Shown: positions 12,144 to 25,900 of the stretch, one piece after another
Position numbering within the stretch: the first letter of the stretch is position 1
How the letters are laid out: every line of letters starts with the position of its first letter
NCBI RefSeq assembly: GCF_004010195.1
Contig: NC_057718.1
Coordinates: 30,160,128 to 30,224,127 of the forward strand
Length of the DNA stretch: 64,000 bases
Reading direction: 5' to 3'
Source: Chiloscyllium plagiosum
Taxonomy: Eukaryota
Program-made: the position numbers and the translations under genes
The notes under the pieces: model-generated
The model's database searches: none
Told to the model about the DNA's origin: nothing
Seen by the model: the letters and a program-made list of their open reading frames with translations, nothing else

Positions 12144-14399
12144 GATGAAACTCCAAAGAGTAAGCGGGTATATTAGTACAACCTATTATAAGTGTTTATA
12201 GTCTCATGTTCCCTAAAGGTTTTGTCCAGCTGCAGCTCCTGTAGGCATGACTCATGTCTAACTTAGTGAATATTTGACCCCCCAGCCAGATTTGCATATA
12301 CAGCTTCAATTTTGCGAATGGGGTACTTATTTAGTTTTGCAACTGGTTAACCATCAGCTTGTAATTCCCACTGATGCAAATAGTTTTAACTGGTACAATA
12401 GGTGCTGCTCATCACACTAACTGAATGATGCCTAGGTCCTCCAGCCTTTTCAACTTCTCTTATAAAGTATAAGGCATAGACATAGTTCTGAAAAGTCTAG
12501 AATTGGCTTCCCAAATTCTTATGGATTCTTGCCTTTACTTCTTTAATTTCTCCCAGTTCTTCATAGAAAATATCTCTGCACTTAATGATGATTTTGTGCA
12601 GACCCCTTCTTAAATGCTAAAAATCTCTAGCCAATTTAACTTGATCTCTTGGACCCAGCCACACCTCATCAAACTCTGTCTCTGACCTGCACCATGACTG
12701 AAGGCAACTGAGTGGATTTCTGCTAGTAGCTCACTGGAACCAATGTTGTAACCATTATTTTAATGGCCTTCCCTGTACATGTCATCAACCTGAGGGAGCA
12801 GATCCCTTCTTGAAGATACTGGTAGGTCTACTGCCCAACAATGGTGGCAGAGGCCCTACTGTCCACTTCCAACCATAACATCTTTGTATTTACCACTGTG
12901 ATCGGAACTATTTTGCTTGCATCTTACATTATTGACAGACATGTCTGTCCACTCTGCCTGAGAACTATATTATCTATGGTACACTGGTGATGCACTGTTC
13001 AATTTAAAAGTCCTAGACAGGCTCTGATTATACTTGCACTTATACCTCAAATTTCCTTTTTTTCTGACACTGGAAGCATTCAACATCCTTAAATCTGCTC
13101 AGTTCTGGGGGTTGGCTTTTCTGACATCTGAAACACTCTGCATACTCAGGGTCTATTGAAGGCTGTTGGTTTAATCATCTGTAGCCTCTGGGTTTTCTAG
13201 TTTCTATATTCATTTCTATGCTTGGGCCCATGCCTTTTATTCCAGACACCACTGTTCCTTGACGTTCAGCACCCTATCAAGTGCTTTTGAGCCTACACTG
13301 CTCAAAAACTTTGTAACTCCTCGGCAGCCTTTTCTGCACTCTCCATGGCTAATGCAATCTTCAGCAATTTATTTAAATCTATTTTGATTTTACCAAAAGC
13401 TTATTTTATATGGCTTCATTATTAATGCCACATACTAAATCATCTCTTGTTATGGATTTTTTTCTCATTTTAATGGTAAATATGAGGCGCAGGTCCCAGA
13501 TGTGATGTGACTGGTTAAACAACTCAACATTAAGCAAAACATAATGTATTTTAACTGTAGGGTTTAAATAAAAACACCAGAAATGGGAATTTAGAAAAAC
13601 TTAACTATTGGCAAAATTAGTTGAAAAGTGTGGCGCTGGAATAGTACAGCAGGTCAGGCAGCATCCAAGGAGCAGCAGAAGCCCTTCATCAGGAATGTGA
13701 AAAACATAACCAAATAATAGTTACAGTACCTATTACCAATTAACTGTGCCAATATAGTAACATCCCATAAACACCTCCTTGGCAAAAAGCAAATTTAGAC
13801 ACATATTCCTGCATGCAGTTCTCCATTCAGGAGGAAATGGCATGAAGAGAAATTCCAGAGACAGTAGTAGCTAGGACTCATTCACTGAAGCTCTAATTCT
13901 TCTGAGGCCGCAAACAGATTCAGATGTTAAAACTAAAAATAACTAGAAAGCTTGGTCTGTGAGAGCTGGCCATGCCTATTCAGGCTGCTGTCATTGCTCC
14001 AACTTCTTTTTTAAAAAATTACCTGAAGGCTTCACACATTGTTTATTCTAGTGAATCTGGTAGACTGCTTGTTGCCTCTGTTTTACAACTTTTCTTCAAA
14101 ATAAGATAGAACAAAATAACCTTTTAAAACGACAGCATCATCACACATTCCCCCCCTTAAAAAAATGAACCATCTATATACAAAAATGATTTCATTTTAA
14201 AGTCCTTATTCATATTGCACTAAAACATTACAATACATATACGTTACATTGACTCTAAGAATGCAATCATTCATGATTAAATTCTATTTCAGTTATTTAC
14301 TCCTGCCACCGAACATCTCCGTCTTTCTTCATCAAAGTCATGACAATGCATTGGCAATTACATTTTCTCATTGTGCCACGTATATAATTTTCAAATTGA

Positions 14400-15180
14400 A
14401 TAGCTGCAATGATAAGCACCTATACAACATATTCAAGAAGAACGGATACTCAAAATATACAGTCCGCAGATTCCTCAGGAACGAACCAGGACAAGCAGAT
14501 CTAACCCAGCCAGAAACCCTAACCACCTTACCATACATCAAAGAAGTCTCAGCAATAACAGTCAGACTACTAAGACCCCTCAGAATCCTAGTAGCACACA
14601 AACCCACCAACACGCTCAAACAAAAACTAACAAACTTAAAAGACCCAGTACAACCCATGGACAAAACCAACCTCATCTACAAAATTCCATGCAAGGACTG
14701 CCACAAACACTATGTAGGACAAACAGGAAGAAAGTTAGCCACCAGGATACACGAACACCAGCTAGCCACAAAAAGACACAACCCTCTCTCCCTCATAGCC
14801 CTACACACAGATGAAAAAAACCACCATTTAGACTGGGACAACACATCTTTCCTGGGACAGGCTCAGCAAAGCCATGCCAGAGAATTCCTAGAGGCCTGGC
14901 ACTCCAACCACAATGCCATAAACAAACACATAGATCTAGATACCATCTATCAACCCTCAGAAAACGAACAGGAAATGACATCACCACAAACCCCAGGAAC
15001 CCCATCCAGGACAAACATATAAATAGAAAGCAGGAGACAACAGCTTTGCTTCACTTGGAGGTCGCCACTGATAGTTACCTAGCCAGGTAATGAAACGTCT
15101 GGATATCAAACCTACAGCTCAGCAAGCAAACCTACACGCTAAACCTCAACCTGAGCTACAAACCTTCACAAACCTTGCAG
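14400..15180 (+). mobile_element. Penelope-like element 3' part: GIY-YIG endonuclease and pLTR
   Basis: LPYIKEVS..IYKIPCKDCHKHYVGQTGRKLATRIHEH..REFLEAWHS..INKHID; a degenerate hammerhead motif (cca-ctgata-gttac..gtaat-gaaacgtc-tgg) follows at about 15066-15102. Confidence 0.9.
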
Positions 15181-15948
15181 GTCTTTCTATCTTCTTGTCA
15201 TCTTTTTGTAAGTGTGTAGTACTGACACATACATCACTTGTATGGATAGCTGCCTTGAATGGCTTTGCGTAATTAGATTGATCACCAATCCTGCCTCCCA
15301 AACAGTACATGTATTAATCTAACAACTGCAATAAATGCTGCAAATGTTCCTTCCATATATGACTAAAAATCACCAGGTCATTGATACACACCATATAATT
15401 GGTTCATCCAGAAATTTATTGGTTAGTCTTTGAAATGTGACTGGTGCATTTTTCATACCAAATGACTTTTAATTTGTATAGTCCTCACCACCCCATCACT
15501 CGCATGGATAGTTGCCTTGAATGGCTTTGCGTAATTAGGTGTGGCTAATACTGGGACAGTGGTTAACATAACTTTCAGGCCGTCAAATACCATCTGACAG
15601 TCCGCTGAAATTTTCTGTGCCTCCTCAGTCAGTGAGTGAAACAACCATGTGTTAAAATTCAATATAGCTTCTGATAAAACTCTCTCAAGAATTGCAGTAT
15701 TGCTCTCTTCGTCAATGATATGGGAAACTTCCCAATAACCTTTGTTTTCACATTCCATGGGGCCATCTGTCCGTAAACAATAACATGACCCAGGAACATG
15801 ACTTGGGTTTCTGTGAATTCACTTTTAGGCAGATTTATCACCAATCCTGCCTCCCAAACAGTACATGTATTGATCTAACAATTGCAATAAATGCTGCAAA
15901 TGTTGCTTCCGTGTATGACTTTGTTGTTTAGGTTTTAGGATACAGGTA

Positions 15949-16152
15949 CAGTCGGTTCAGATATAACGTGATAGTTCCATTCTCGTGCGATCTTGTGTTA
16001 TTAAAAATTGCACAATAGCAGTGCCATTCAAACTAATGGAGCCAGAATCACATTATAGTCAATACAGGTAAGGCAAGTTCACATTTCTACAAATAATAAT
16101 CTAAATTCTTCAATCGCGTTAAAGCCAATTCGCGTTATAGCAGAACAGACGG
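15949..16152. mobile_element. Tc1/mariner (pogo/Tigger-like) MITE
   Basis: TA-flanked imperfect TIRs cagtcggttcagatataacg and cgttatagcagaacagacgg. Confidence 0.7.
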
Positions 16153-17297
16153 TACCTGCTAAAATTCTCTCAGTAAGTCCAATTTAGAAATACAAGTGAT
16201 GATACAGTCTTCCAAACATGGAGTAGGATGATAATCAGACTTTGTAATTCCATTGACTTTGCAATAGTCCACACATAATCATTGGGTAATATCTGGTTTT
16301 GGCACCATTACCGGTCGCTATAACCCACTTTGATTATGTTGTCTTTGAGCATACGTTCATTAAACTTATACCAACTTTAGAGGGTGAGGTCTACAAAAGA
16401 TATTGCTGATTTGGATCAGCATTTCCTATATCTATATTATGTGTAATTACATTAGTATTTCCCACCTTATTCCCACATATCTACCCCTGTGATAGAAATA
16501 TCTCTTTCTGGTCATTTCGATTTTCCCCTGGAAGGTAACTCAATAATTTATCCCCATTTTTGACAACTTTCTCATTGTCCAATTTAACTTGAGGAATGCC
16601 CAACTCAGAATCCTCTGAACTTGGTTCTTCACTTCATGTTGAAATCAGTAACACATTCTCCATTTGCTTTCCTCCCCTATCAAAATACCTTTTTTATTTA
16701 CATAACACACTCTGTGAGATTTATTTCTATCTGACATTCTTATCAAATGATTCACCTCACTCAATTTCCTTTCAATTGAAATGGTCCACTAACCCCTGCG
16801 TTTAAAAGGTTCACAAATCACCGAAAGTAACACTAATGCTACCTCCACCAGCAAAATTGCGAATTTCTGATTTATTGTCTGCTTCCTGTTTCATTATACG
16901 CTGTGTTGCTTTTGAAAACTGTCTAGCCAATTCACCCACTCAACTTAAGCTTCCCCTAAATTTTGATATGTAATCCAAATATTGAACTCTGATTCACCAA
17001 TTTCTCCTTAATGAATTTCACTGGTCCTCTCAACTCATGCCCAAAAACTAATTTAAATGGCCTGAATTTGGTAGATTCATTTAATGCTGCCCTAATTGCA
17101 AAAAGTTCAAACAGAATTCCTTTATCCCAATCATCTGGATAGTCTTGGCTGTAAGCCCTCAACATGGTCTTTAAAGTTTGATGCCACCATTCTGATGCTC
17201 TCTGGAATTCTAGATGGTACACAGTAGATTTAAATTGTTTTATTCCTAATCTATCCAAAACTTCCCTGACTAATCTTGATGCAAATTTTGACCCTTG

Positions 17298-20200
17298 TGG
17301 GGGTCCAAGATGGCGGCAATCTAGGAAGATCGTGTTGCAGAGCTCTGCACCACATCGTAAATGGGACAAAGTCCTAAGCCACCCTACCCGGACCCCTGCG
17401 ATATCCTGGGACTCCAGAAAGGTCGTGGAGTCCCAGGAAACTGTCAGAGAGCAACTTCCCTTGTTTTTCGCTGTCTAGGGATACCGAAGAAGGGAGGAGG
17501 TACATCCGAGGCTGGGCCCAGCCTGCAGGATCCTCGGACCCGATTTCCAACCTAGTTCTGGTGAAGGAGCTTGTGAAATCTCATGAAATGTTGAGCAAGG
17601 AGATAGAGGACAAGCTGGCCCCAATCTCTATTATGCTGCAGAAACATGAACAGCAGCTGGGAGACCCGGAGAAAAGGATGGATGAGGGTAGAATGCAAAG
17701 TTGCAGTGGTGGAAGCTGATACCAGTTCCTCCAAGGATAGGATCCAGGCCCTGGAGATGCAGTTCTGTAATTTGCTTGACCAGGTTGATGACCTCAAGAA
17801 CAGGGGCAGGAGAAAAAATATGCAGATCGTCGGTCTGCCGGAGGGTAAGAAAGGTGAGTGGCAGGTGAAATTTATTGAGGACTGGCTGCCAAAATTCCTA
17901 AACTTGGAGGCTGGAATGAGAAGCTTGAAGATTGAGAGGGCTCACTGGGTCACAGCGCAGAGGTCAGGTCTGGACCAGTGTCCTTGTCCTATCTTGGTGC
18001 ACTTTCATCTCTACCGAAATAATGAGAGAAGTGTGGAAACTTCCAGAATCCAGGGGAAGGATCCGAAAGCCCTAGTTTATGAGGGCTCTAAGATCATGTT
18101 CTTCCAGGACTTTTCAGCACCAGTGATCCGGAAAAGAAAATACTATGATGCCGTCAAGAGAAGACTGAGGGAGCTCAGGATCCAGTACTCTCTGAGGTAT
18201 CCGGTGGTGCTTTGGAACACCTTAGATTGATCTGTATATCTCTTTGACACGTCAGAGAAGACAAGAGACTTTGTGGTCAAATTAACTTAATCTGAACAAT
18301 TTAGTATGTACAAATAATAGTGTTGTTTGGGTATGTCTCTAACTTTTTTTTAAAATAAGGAGGTCTGATTGGAGCTTTCTTTTCCTTTTTTTAAATTGGT
18401 AATAATTTGGTCTAAACTATGCTCAAGGATGATTGGGATATGTACTTTCAACTTCTAAGTTAAGTTATACCAAAGGATGGGTGGGGTACTTAGTCTTTTT
18501 TTTCCAAAATGTCTTTGTTCACATTGTTATTTCATGGTGTATTTTCTTTCTTTTCTGCTTGTGTTTGCAGTGCGGCTCTAGCTAGGAGGGGGGAAAATGG
18601 TTGAGGTGGCTAGATGCTTACTACAGTCCAGGTATTTAAATGTCCTGGCTGCAATATTGGCAGCGGGATGGGAAGTTGGGTTTTGGGATGCCCTCTTTGG
18701 GCAGGGGGTGAGTTCCCCTATTCAGCGCCATTGGCACTTTATACGTTGGTTTGTTTTTTAGTTTTCGTTGTATATAATTTTTGATAGCTTTGTAGGTTGG
18801 TTAACTGTAGTGGTTTTAGTTTATGTAGTTTTTATGTTCAATGGATCTTGCGACACTAAGGCTTGGAGATTTGTGATTCGAGTTCCTCCTCTCTGGAATC
18901 CAAATGTTACTGCAGAAGGTTATGGCTAATGACCTTGATTAAATGGTGTACCTGGAACATCAAGGGGAGTCACTCACCAATTAGAGGAAAAAGGTACTCT
19001 CGAATCTTTGAAAGGAAATGGTAGATATTTCTTTGTTACAGGAGACACACTTGGATGATAGGGAGCATTTGAAATTACAGCAGAATGCCTTTGATCAGGT
19101 TTACTTTTTAATCTTTTAATACCAGAAGCAGGGGAGCGGCTATATTGGTTAGGAAGAATCTCCCATTTAAGTTACTGGAGTGTGTTAAGGACATACCCAC
19201 TGGAGGTTTGTAATCCTCAAAGCCCTGATAAATGGGAAAGAATATGTTGTTTTAAATGTTTATTGCCCTCCGACCCATCCCCTCAAATTTCTGGTAGATG
19301 CGTTCTCTAAGTTGATCAGTCTTGAGTCCCGGCATATCATTATAGGGGGAGATTTTAATTGTCTTATGGATCACATGGTCGACAGGTTGCCCAAAGGCCC
19401 CCCTGATACCAACTGTACAAACTAACCAATTAGTGGATTTGTGTGTGGAATTAGGGTTGGTGGACATCTGGAGGTGTCCCCACCCTACAACCAGGAATTT
19501 TATGTTTTTCCCAATCTACACAGATGTCACACCAGGGATTTTTTTTTTTCTGACCCCCATGGCAACCTGGATTTGGTGGCATCTTGTATGATTGGTGGTA
19601 TTACTATCTCTGATCACGCTCCAGTGTACCAATTGGTTCAGATTAAGGATGCTAATGTGGGTCCGAAGCACTGGCGAATGGATCATAAGTTTGTGGAGTA
19701 TTTCCCTAAGGAATTTAGGGCATTTCTAGACATTAATTCAGGCTTGGTTAGTTGCCCATTGTTCTTTGGGAAACTGCCAAAGCCTATGCTGGGAGTTAGT
19801 TATTTCCTACTCTGCCAGTAGGAAGCAGCAGAAGGGCAAGCAGCAACGTTTCCTTGAAGGCAGCTAAGAAGGCTTACCTTGATTGGCCCTCGTGTGCCAA
19901 ACTACAGAGGATTATGGTGCTGCAGTCTGCATTGCGCTCCATGCTCATGCAGGGAGCAAAGAAGGATCTTACTTTCGCAAAACAAAAATTATATGAGCAT
20001 GGTGACAAACTGGGCAAATACCTTGTGTATCTCGCCAGGAAAGGGAGTGCCCCTCGAGCCATTATGTTGATTAGGGAAGAGTCTGGGAACCTAACATGTG
20101 ATTCCAAAAAGATTAATGTGGCGTTCCAGAGATTTTACTCTGAATTTTACCAATCTAGGTGTTGTGAGGAGGGGCGGGTCAAGATGGACTTCTTTTTCAA

Positions 20201-22941
20201 GGATCTGGATCTCCTGAGTGTGACCCCCGAACAAGAGACTTTTCTCAATGCCCCCTTATCAGAGCAAGAGGTGAAGGAGGTCCTGATGGACCTCCCAGTG
20301 AATTCTATAAGGAATTTATAAGCATATTGTCAGGCCCGATGCTTGACATATTCAATGACTCATGGTTACCTCCGGCCATCTCTAAGAGAGGCCAATATTT
20401 TTCTTCTTCTTAAAAAAGGGAAGCTCCTGGAGGACTGTGCTTCTTGCAGGCTCATTTCATTCTTAAATGTTGACTTTAGAATCTTCTCTAAGACTCTTGC
20501 ATTAAGGCTGGAGATTGTGTTACCTTCTATTGTTAAAGAGGACCAGACAGGCTTCATAAAGGGCCGCAGATCCTCCAATAATGTTAGGAGGCTGCTTAAT
20601 GTAATTCAAGTGTGTCAACAGCGGTCAATACAGGGATTGGTGATTTCTCTAGATGCAGAGAAGACATTTCACCAAGTTGAGTAGCTGTACCTTTTTTATA
20701 CTCTAGAGCGGTTTGGCTTGGGGAAAGCCTTTATAACATGGAGAAAAGTTCTCTCCAGTGACCCTCTCACTGTGGTCATCACCGACTGGATATGATCAAA
20801 CAACTTGAGCATTTTTAGGGGCAGCCAGCAGGACTGTCATCTTTCGGCATTGCTTTTAACATTGGTGATTGAATCATTGGTGGAGGCCATTCATAGACAT
20901 TGGCTGCAGAAGTGGGGTCAAAATTACATAAGATATTGTTGTACGTTGATATCCTCATTTTTTTGTCAAATCCAGCAGTTTCAGTGCCTCGCCTGATACA
21001 ATGCATCAGCTCATTTGACACTTTTTCGGGATACAAGATTAATTTTGCAAAATCAGAGGCTGTGCCTATGGGTGGTCTTACAAAGGTGAGAGATCTTGCG
21101 GGCGAATCTCGATTCCCATTTAAGTGATCACAGTGGGGTTTTATGTATTTGGGCATATTCGTCACTCCAGTTCTTGATTGGTTGTTTAAAGCTAATATTG
21201 TTCAATTATTCAACAAAATCAAACAAGACTTTCAAAAATGGGAGGCACTTCTGGTTAGGTCAGATAGTGCTTATTAAGATTAATATTCTCCCCCATTTGT
21301 TGTACCCTGTATGGATGTTCCCCCTGATTTTCAATAAGCAAATGCTCAGGAGACTGAACAGCTGGTTCAGCTCTTTTATTTGGCACCTTAAGTGGCCCCT
21401 TACTAAATTAGCTAAACTGCAATTGCCTCACAGACTGGGGGGGAATGGATCTCCCAGACATTAAAAACTATCAACTAAGCTTGCTTTGATCTTAAGTGAG
21501 TTATTGGGCTTGTGGGGGCACTCTTTCAATATGGTTAGATATCAAAACCTCTCAGGCAAGGTGCCCCCTTACTAGCTTGCTGTTTTTGGACAAGATGAGG
21601 ACAATTAAGGAATATGCCATAGCCCAATAGTTATCAATTCTGTTAAAGCATAGAGGGCAATTCGGCAGAGGGAAGGCAATATTGGCAAAACATCTTTTCT
21701 TAACACCTATAGTGGGTATGCTGGTTTTTCAACTTGGGATGATGGATTCAGAGTTCAAACATTGGGCAGCTAGCGGTGTGTCTTGCGAGGGTGATTTATT
21801 TGAAGGAGACACAATGATGTCTTTTGATCAGTTAGCACGGGAATACGAGCTATCTAGCAGGGACTTTTTTTTTAAGTTAGGGATTTTATTCAAAAAAGAA
21901 CTTCACTTTTCCCTACAAATTTGACATAGAGAGGAAGGTGCTCAGTGCTAAGAGTACACTTTCTGTCAGCACTTTATATCGTCAGTTGGGGGGCTGCCAC
22001 TCAGATCAATTTGATCAAATTTGCAGGGTATGGGAGAGAGAGCTAGGCATTGAGGTCTCCTCAGAGGCATGGGAAGATATTTGGGAAAAAAACAAGAAAG
22101 ATATCAATTTGTAATAGGAACCATGCTTTATAGTTACAGATTCTCCACAGTGTTCGCTTGGCTCCAGATCATTTGTCAAAATTTAAAAACAGGGCACCTT
22201 CAACATGCCCCAAGTCTAAAGTTAGCATGGGCACTCTTACCCATTGTCTCTGGTAGGCTTCAAACATACTGGAGCGCTGTAGCATTGGAGGGGTGTAAGG
22301 GTGGAGAAGGACCTGATCTCTCCTCTTCTTGGTCTGCCCAGTGTGTTCCCTGTAGATGTGCATAAGAAAAAACTTTTCAACATCCTCACTTTCTGCATAA
22401 GAAAGAATATCTTGTTAGGTTGGGTGTCTGAAAATTCCCCGGGCCTGTCGGGTTGGCAGAAGATTGTTATGGAGCATATCCCATTGATTTTCTTACAAGT
22501 ATGGTACACCATAAAACTGAGAATTTCTATTAGACATAGTGGCCTTTTTTGGAATACTTGGACACAGATTTGTCCTCCACACTAATAAGGAATTTTACAT
22601 AATTGTAACGATTGTGCTTTGAGTCCAATATCCAGAGAAGGGAAACTGCGAATGTATGAATAAATGAAAATTAATGCTCCCGATATTTGAGAGTTAGTGT
22701 TTTGTTTTGCTGAGCTGTGTTATTATTATTTATTATTTTGTTGTTAGTTATAATTTATTCAGTTAAGTAGTTAGTTAAGGTTTTTAAAATTTTGAAATAC
22801 ATATTTTTATATTTGTACATGAGCGCGGTTTGGGTTTTTAACTTTTTTTGGTGTTTTTTGTATTGCTTTGAATTGTATTGCTTTGTATTTGTTGTACTCT
22901 TTAAAAAATCTATTTTTCAATAAAAATATATTTTTAAAACG
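17298..22941 (+). mobile_element. Full-length decayed L1-clade LINE (ORF1 and ORF2)
   Basis: 5' end ggggtccaagatggcggc; ORF1 remnant 17646..18230 (DLKNRGRRKNM.IVGLPEG..IERAHW..FFQDFS); ORF2 endonuclease (TWNIKG, LLQETH, GGDFN, SDHAPV) and RT (DQTGFIKGR, SLDAEK) with frameshifts; AATAAA at about 22919; TSD tttgacccttg at 17287-17297 and 22942-22952. Confidence 0.92.
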
Positions 22942-25900
22942 TTTGACCCTTGATCTATTTGTATCTCTGTGGGTAGTCCATAACTAGAAAAATCTGAGTA
23001 ACTCCTCGACATTCATTTTAGTTGTGATATTGTGTAATGGAATGGCCTTTGGAAATCTAGTGAACACATCCATTATTGTCAATATATACTGATTCCCACT
23101 TATCAATTAATTAAGACCCTTGTAAAAGGTTCCTCAAATGCAGAAATGGGTATTAAAGGTGCTGATTTTATCACTGCCTGAAGTTTTCCAATTTTCTGAC
23201 ATGTATGACATGTCTGGCAAAATTCAACTCCATCCTTATGCAGTCCAGGCCAGTAAAAATGATTTTGTATTGAGGCTTGAGTTTTCCTTACTCCCAAATG
23301 ATGACCTACTGGTCATTTATGTGCTACCCGCAACACCTTTTTATAATCCACTGGTAGTACAACTTGATGAACATCTGCCAAATTCTCATCCACCTGAATA
23401 TTTGATAACCTCCATTTCCTCATCAAGACATAATTTTTATGATAGTAACATTCTAGGATAGATTCAGATTCTTCTTCTGTGTATGCTCGTTGATACAACT
23501 ACTTCAGTTTTTCATCTTTCTATTCTAACTCAGTTAATTTTTCTGAACTAAAAATATCCACTTCATCCTCCACCTCTTCCTTGTTTTTTCCTCATGATCT
23601 TTACTAATTGTACTTCAACTTCCTTATCTTTACTGTTTGATTTCTCCTCCTGTGTCAACCCATGTTTTCTGACCTTGTTATCACAGTCAGAAAAAAAATC
23701 CCAGGATAAATTTCCTGTAATACCTCAGTTGTTTAATTTTCCAGTGGCTTTTGAACCACAGTAGGCAGCATTCCCACCTGTGATCTAGCTATAATAGTAC
23801 CAAGGCAAAATTGTATTCCTGGAGCTGGGAGTTCCCCTAGTTATCCTATCATGACTTCTCCACTTTTCACTGAACACTCCAACCTCACTTTACCTAATGG
23901 AGCACTTCTTTTACCATGAATTCCACATATTATCACTTTTTCTGGCAATAGTCCTTCTGAATTATATATCTCATCTCTCAAAGTCAAAGATTGACATGAT
24001 CCCGTATCTCTTAAAATGTAATTTCTTCAACTGCTCCTCCTGGCATTTGTGAATAAACCTTGTACTCAGAAGTAAATTGTTTAAGAAGATCTGGCACTTT
24101 CTTCTCAATCAACCCCTGACTAGGTTGTACATTCTGGTGCAGCTGTTTAGCTTTGACTGTGCTTTCCTTTACCACTTCAACAAACTTCACTTGCTTGTCT
24201 TGTTTTCTTACATCTGTCTTCCCAGTGATTTTTTTTACACTGCAACTTTATGTGGCCTACTTTATTACAGTGAAAAATAACCTGAGCTTTTTTACTTCTC
24301 TTTCCCCTTCATGGGTTCCCTTTTTACCCTGTCGTAAATTATCTTTATTATCTGCAATGAGATCTCCTTTTTCCTTACTACCTGAGAATTTCCCTTTTCC
24401 CCAATTTTCCCCAATGTCAGAAGCCCAACTTTGATTCATGAACCAACTCATATCAGCCATTCCAGCTGCTAATCTTGCAGTTTTAACTCTCTGCTCTCTA
24501 AGAACATTATATGTTGGATCTATTTTTAATGTCCTTATCCACCTATCAAAATCACTTTATTTGATCCTTTCAAATTTCATGTAGGTTTGACCAGGTTCCC
24601 TCGTTCAATTCCTGAAACATTGTCTGTAGATTCCTGGAATTAACTCATATACACTTTAGATGGCTTTCTTCACCTCATTATACCCCCCAAATACCTCCAG
24701 TGATAGTGATGCAAATACTTCACTAGCTCCACCTACCAATTTTATTTGGATCAACAATACCTATATGGACACCAGCCACTTCATTTGTTTACTTTCTCAA
24801 ATGAAATAAAAAAGGCTTCTACATCCTTCTCATCAAATTTAGGAAATGCTTGGACAGACCTTTGGCGATGATGGGTTTGCTCATCACTATCATCACTATC
24901 CTCCTCACTCAGCCTACCTTCTACCTTCACCTCTGCCCTCATAAGCTGATTTTCTCTCTAACTGCCAACTTCCAAAGTTCAAATTCTCTTTTTTTTCGGT
25001 TTTAATTGTAATTCAAACTGTTTCATTTCCTTTTCATTGCTAAGTTGCTTCACCTGTAATTGAATTCTAGCAATTTTCAAAGATTCCTATAGCATTTCTA
25101 GCAATTTTTAATGTCGATCTACTGCAATTACCTCCCCTTTTCTCACGGACACAGGCAACCCCAATTCTACCTTGTCTGCCAAATCCAATAGCTCTGCCTT
25201 GCTCATTTTTTGTAAGACTCCTGAAGTCACTTCTTCCGCCCCCTAGATAATGTTCAGCAACCGAAAGATTACTAATTGGGCTAACACTGTTTAAACCAAC
25301 TGAATTCAACACCCGAAATAAAAGGCACTAACATTTTCCACTAGCTGCCTTTGAGTCCAACAATCCTAAACCCAACATGGAATTATAGGTTTCAATCCTG
25401 GCAAGAATCCCCAAATTTGTCATGGACCAGACCAGACCACCTCAAAATATTTTAAGAAGGTAGCCGAGACTCTAACTTTGTATTTTAAGGTTGATGTGAA
25501 TTGTATGTTCCAGGTACTGATGTGACTAGTCAAACTATTCAACGTTAAGCAAGACACAATTTATTTAAATACTATAGTTAAAATACAACAAAAGAAAGAG
25601 GAATTTATAATAACTTAACTTTTGGGAAACTTAACAGAATAATAGAAACTGTACCTATTATTAATTAACTATTCCAATATAGTAACATCCCACAAACACG
25701 CCCTTGGCAAAAAGGCAAATTCAAACACAGCTCTTACACGCAGCTTTCCAATACAGGAGGAAATGACATGAAGAGAAATTCTAGTGAAAATAGCAGCCAG
25801 GAATCATTCACTAAAGTTCCAACTCTTCTGAGACCGAGACAGATTCTGATGTTAAAGCTAAGAATAACTGAAAACAATCTGGTCTGTGAGAGCTGGTTAC

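Noticed and set aside
14249..15022. 257-aa ORF as a host gene
   Set aside because: The first ~50 residues are read-through from Gypsy DNA; the rest is a truncated Penelope endonuclease.
24400..24870. SCAN-like sequence as a ZSCAN gene
   Set aside because: It lies between LTRs in gag position, contains stops and has no C2H2 array.
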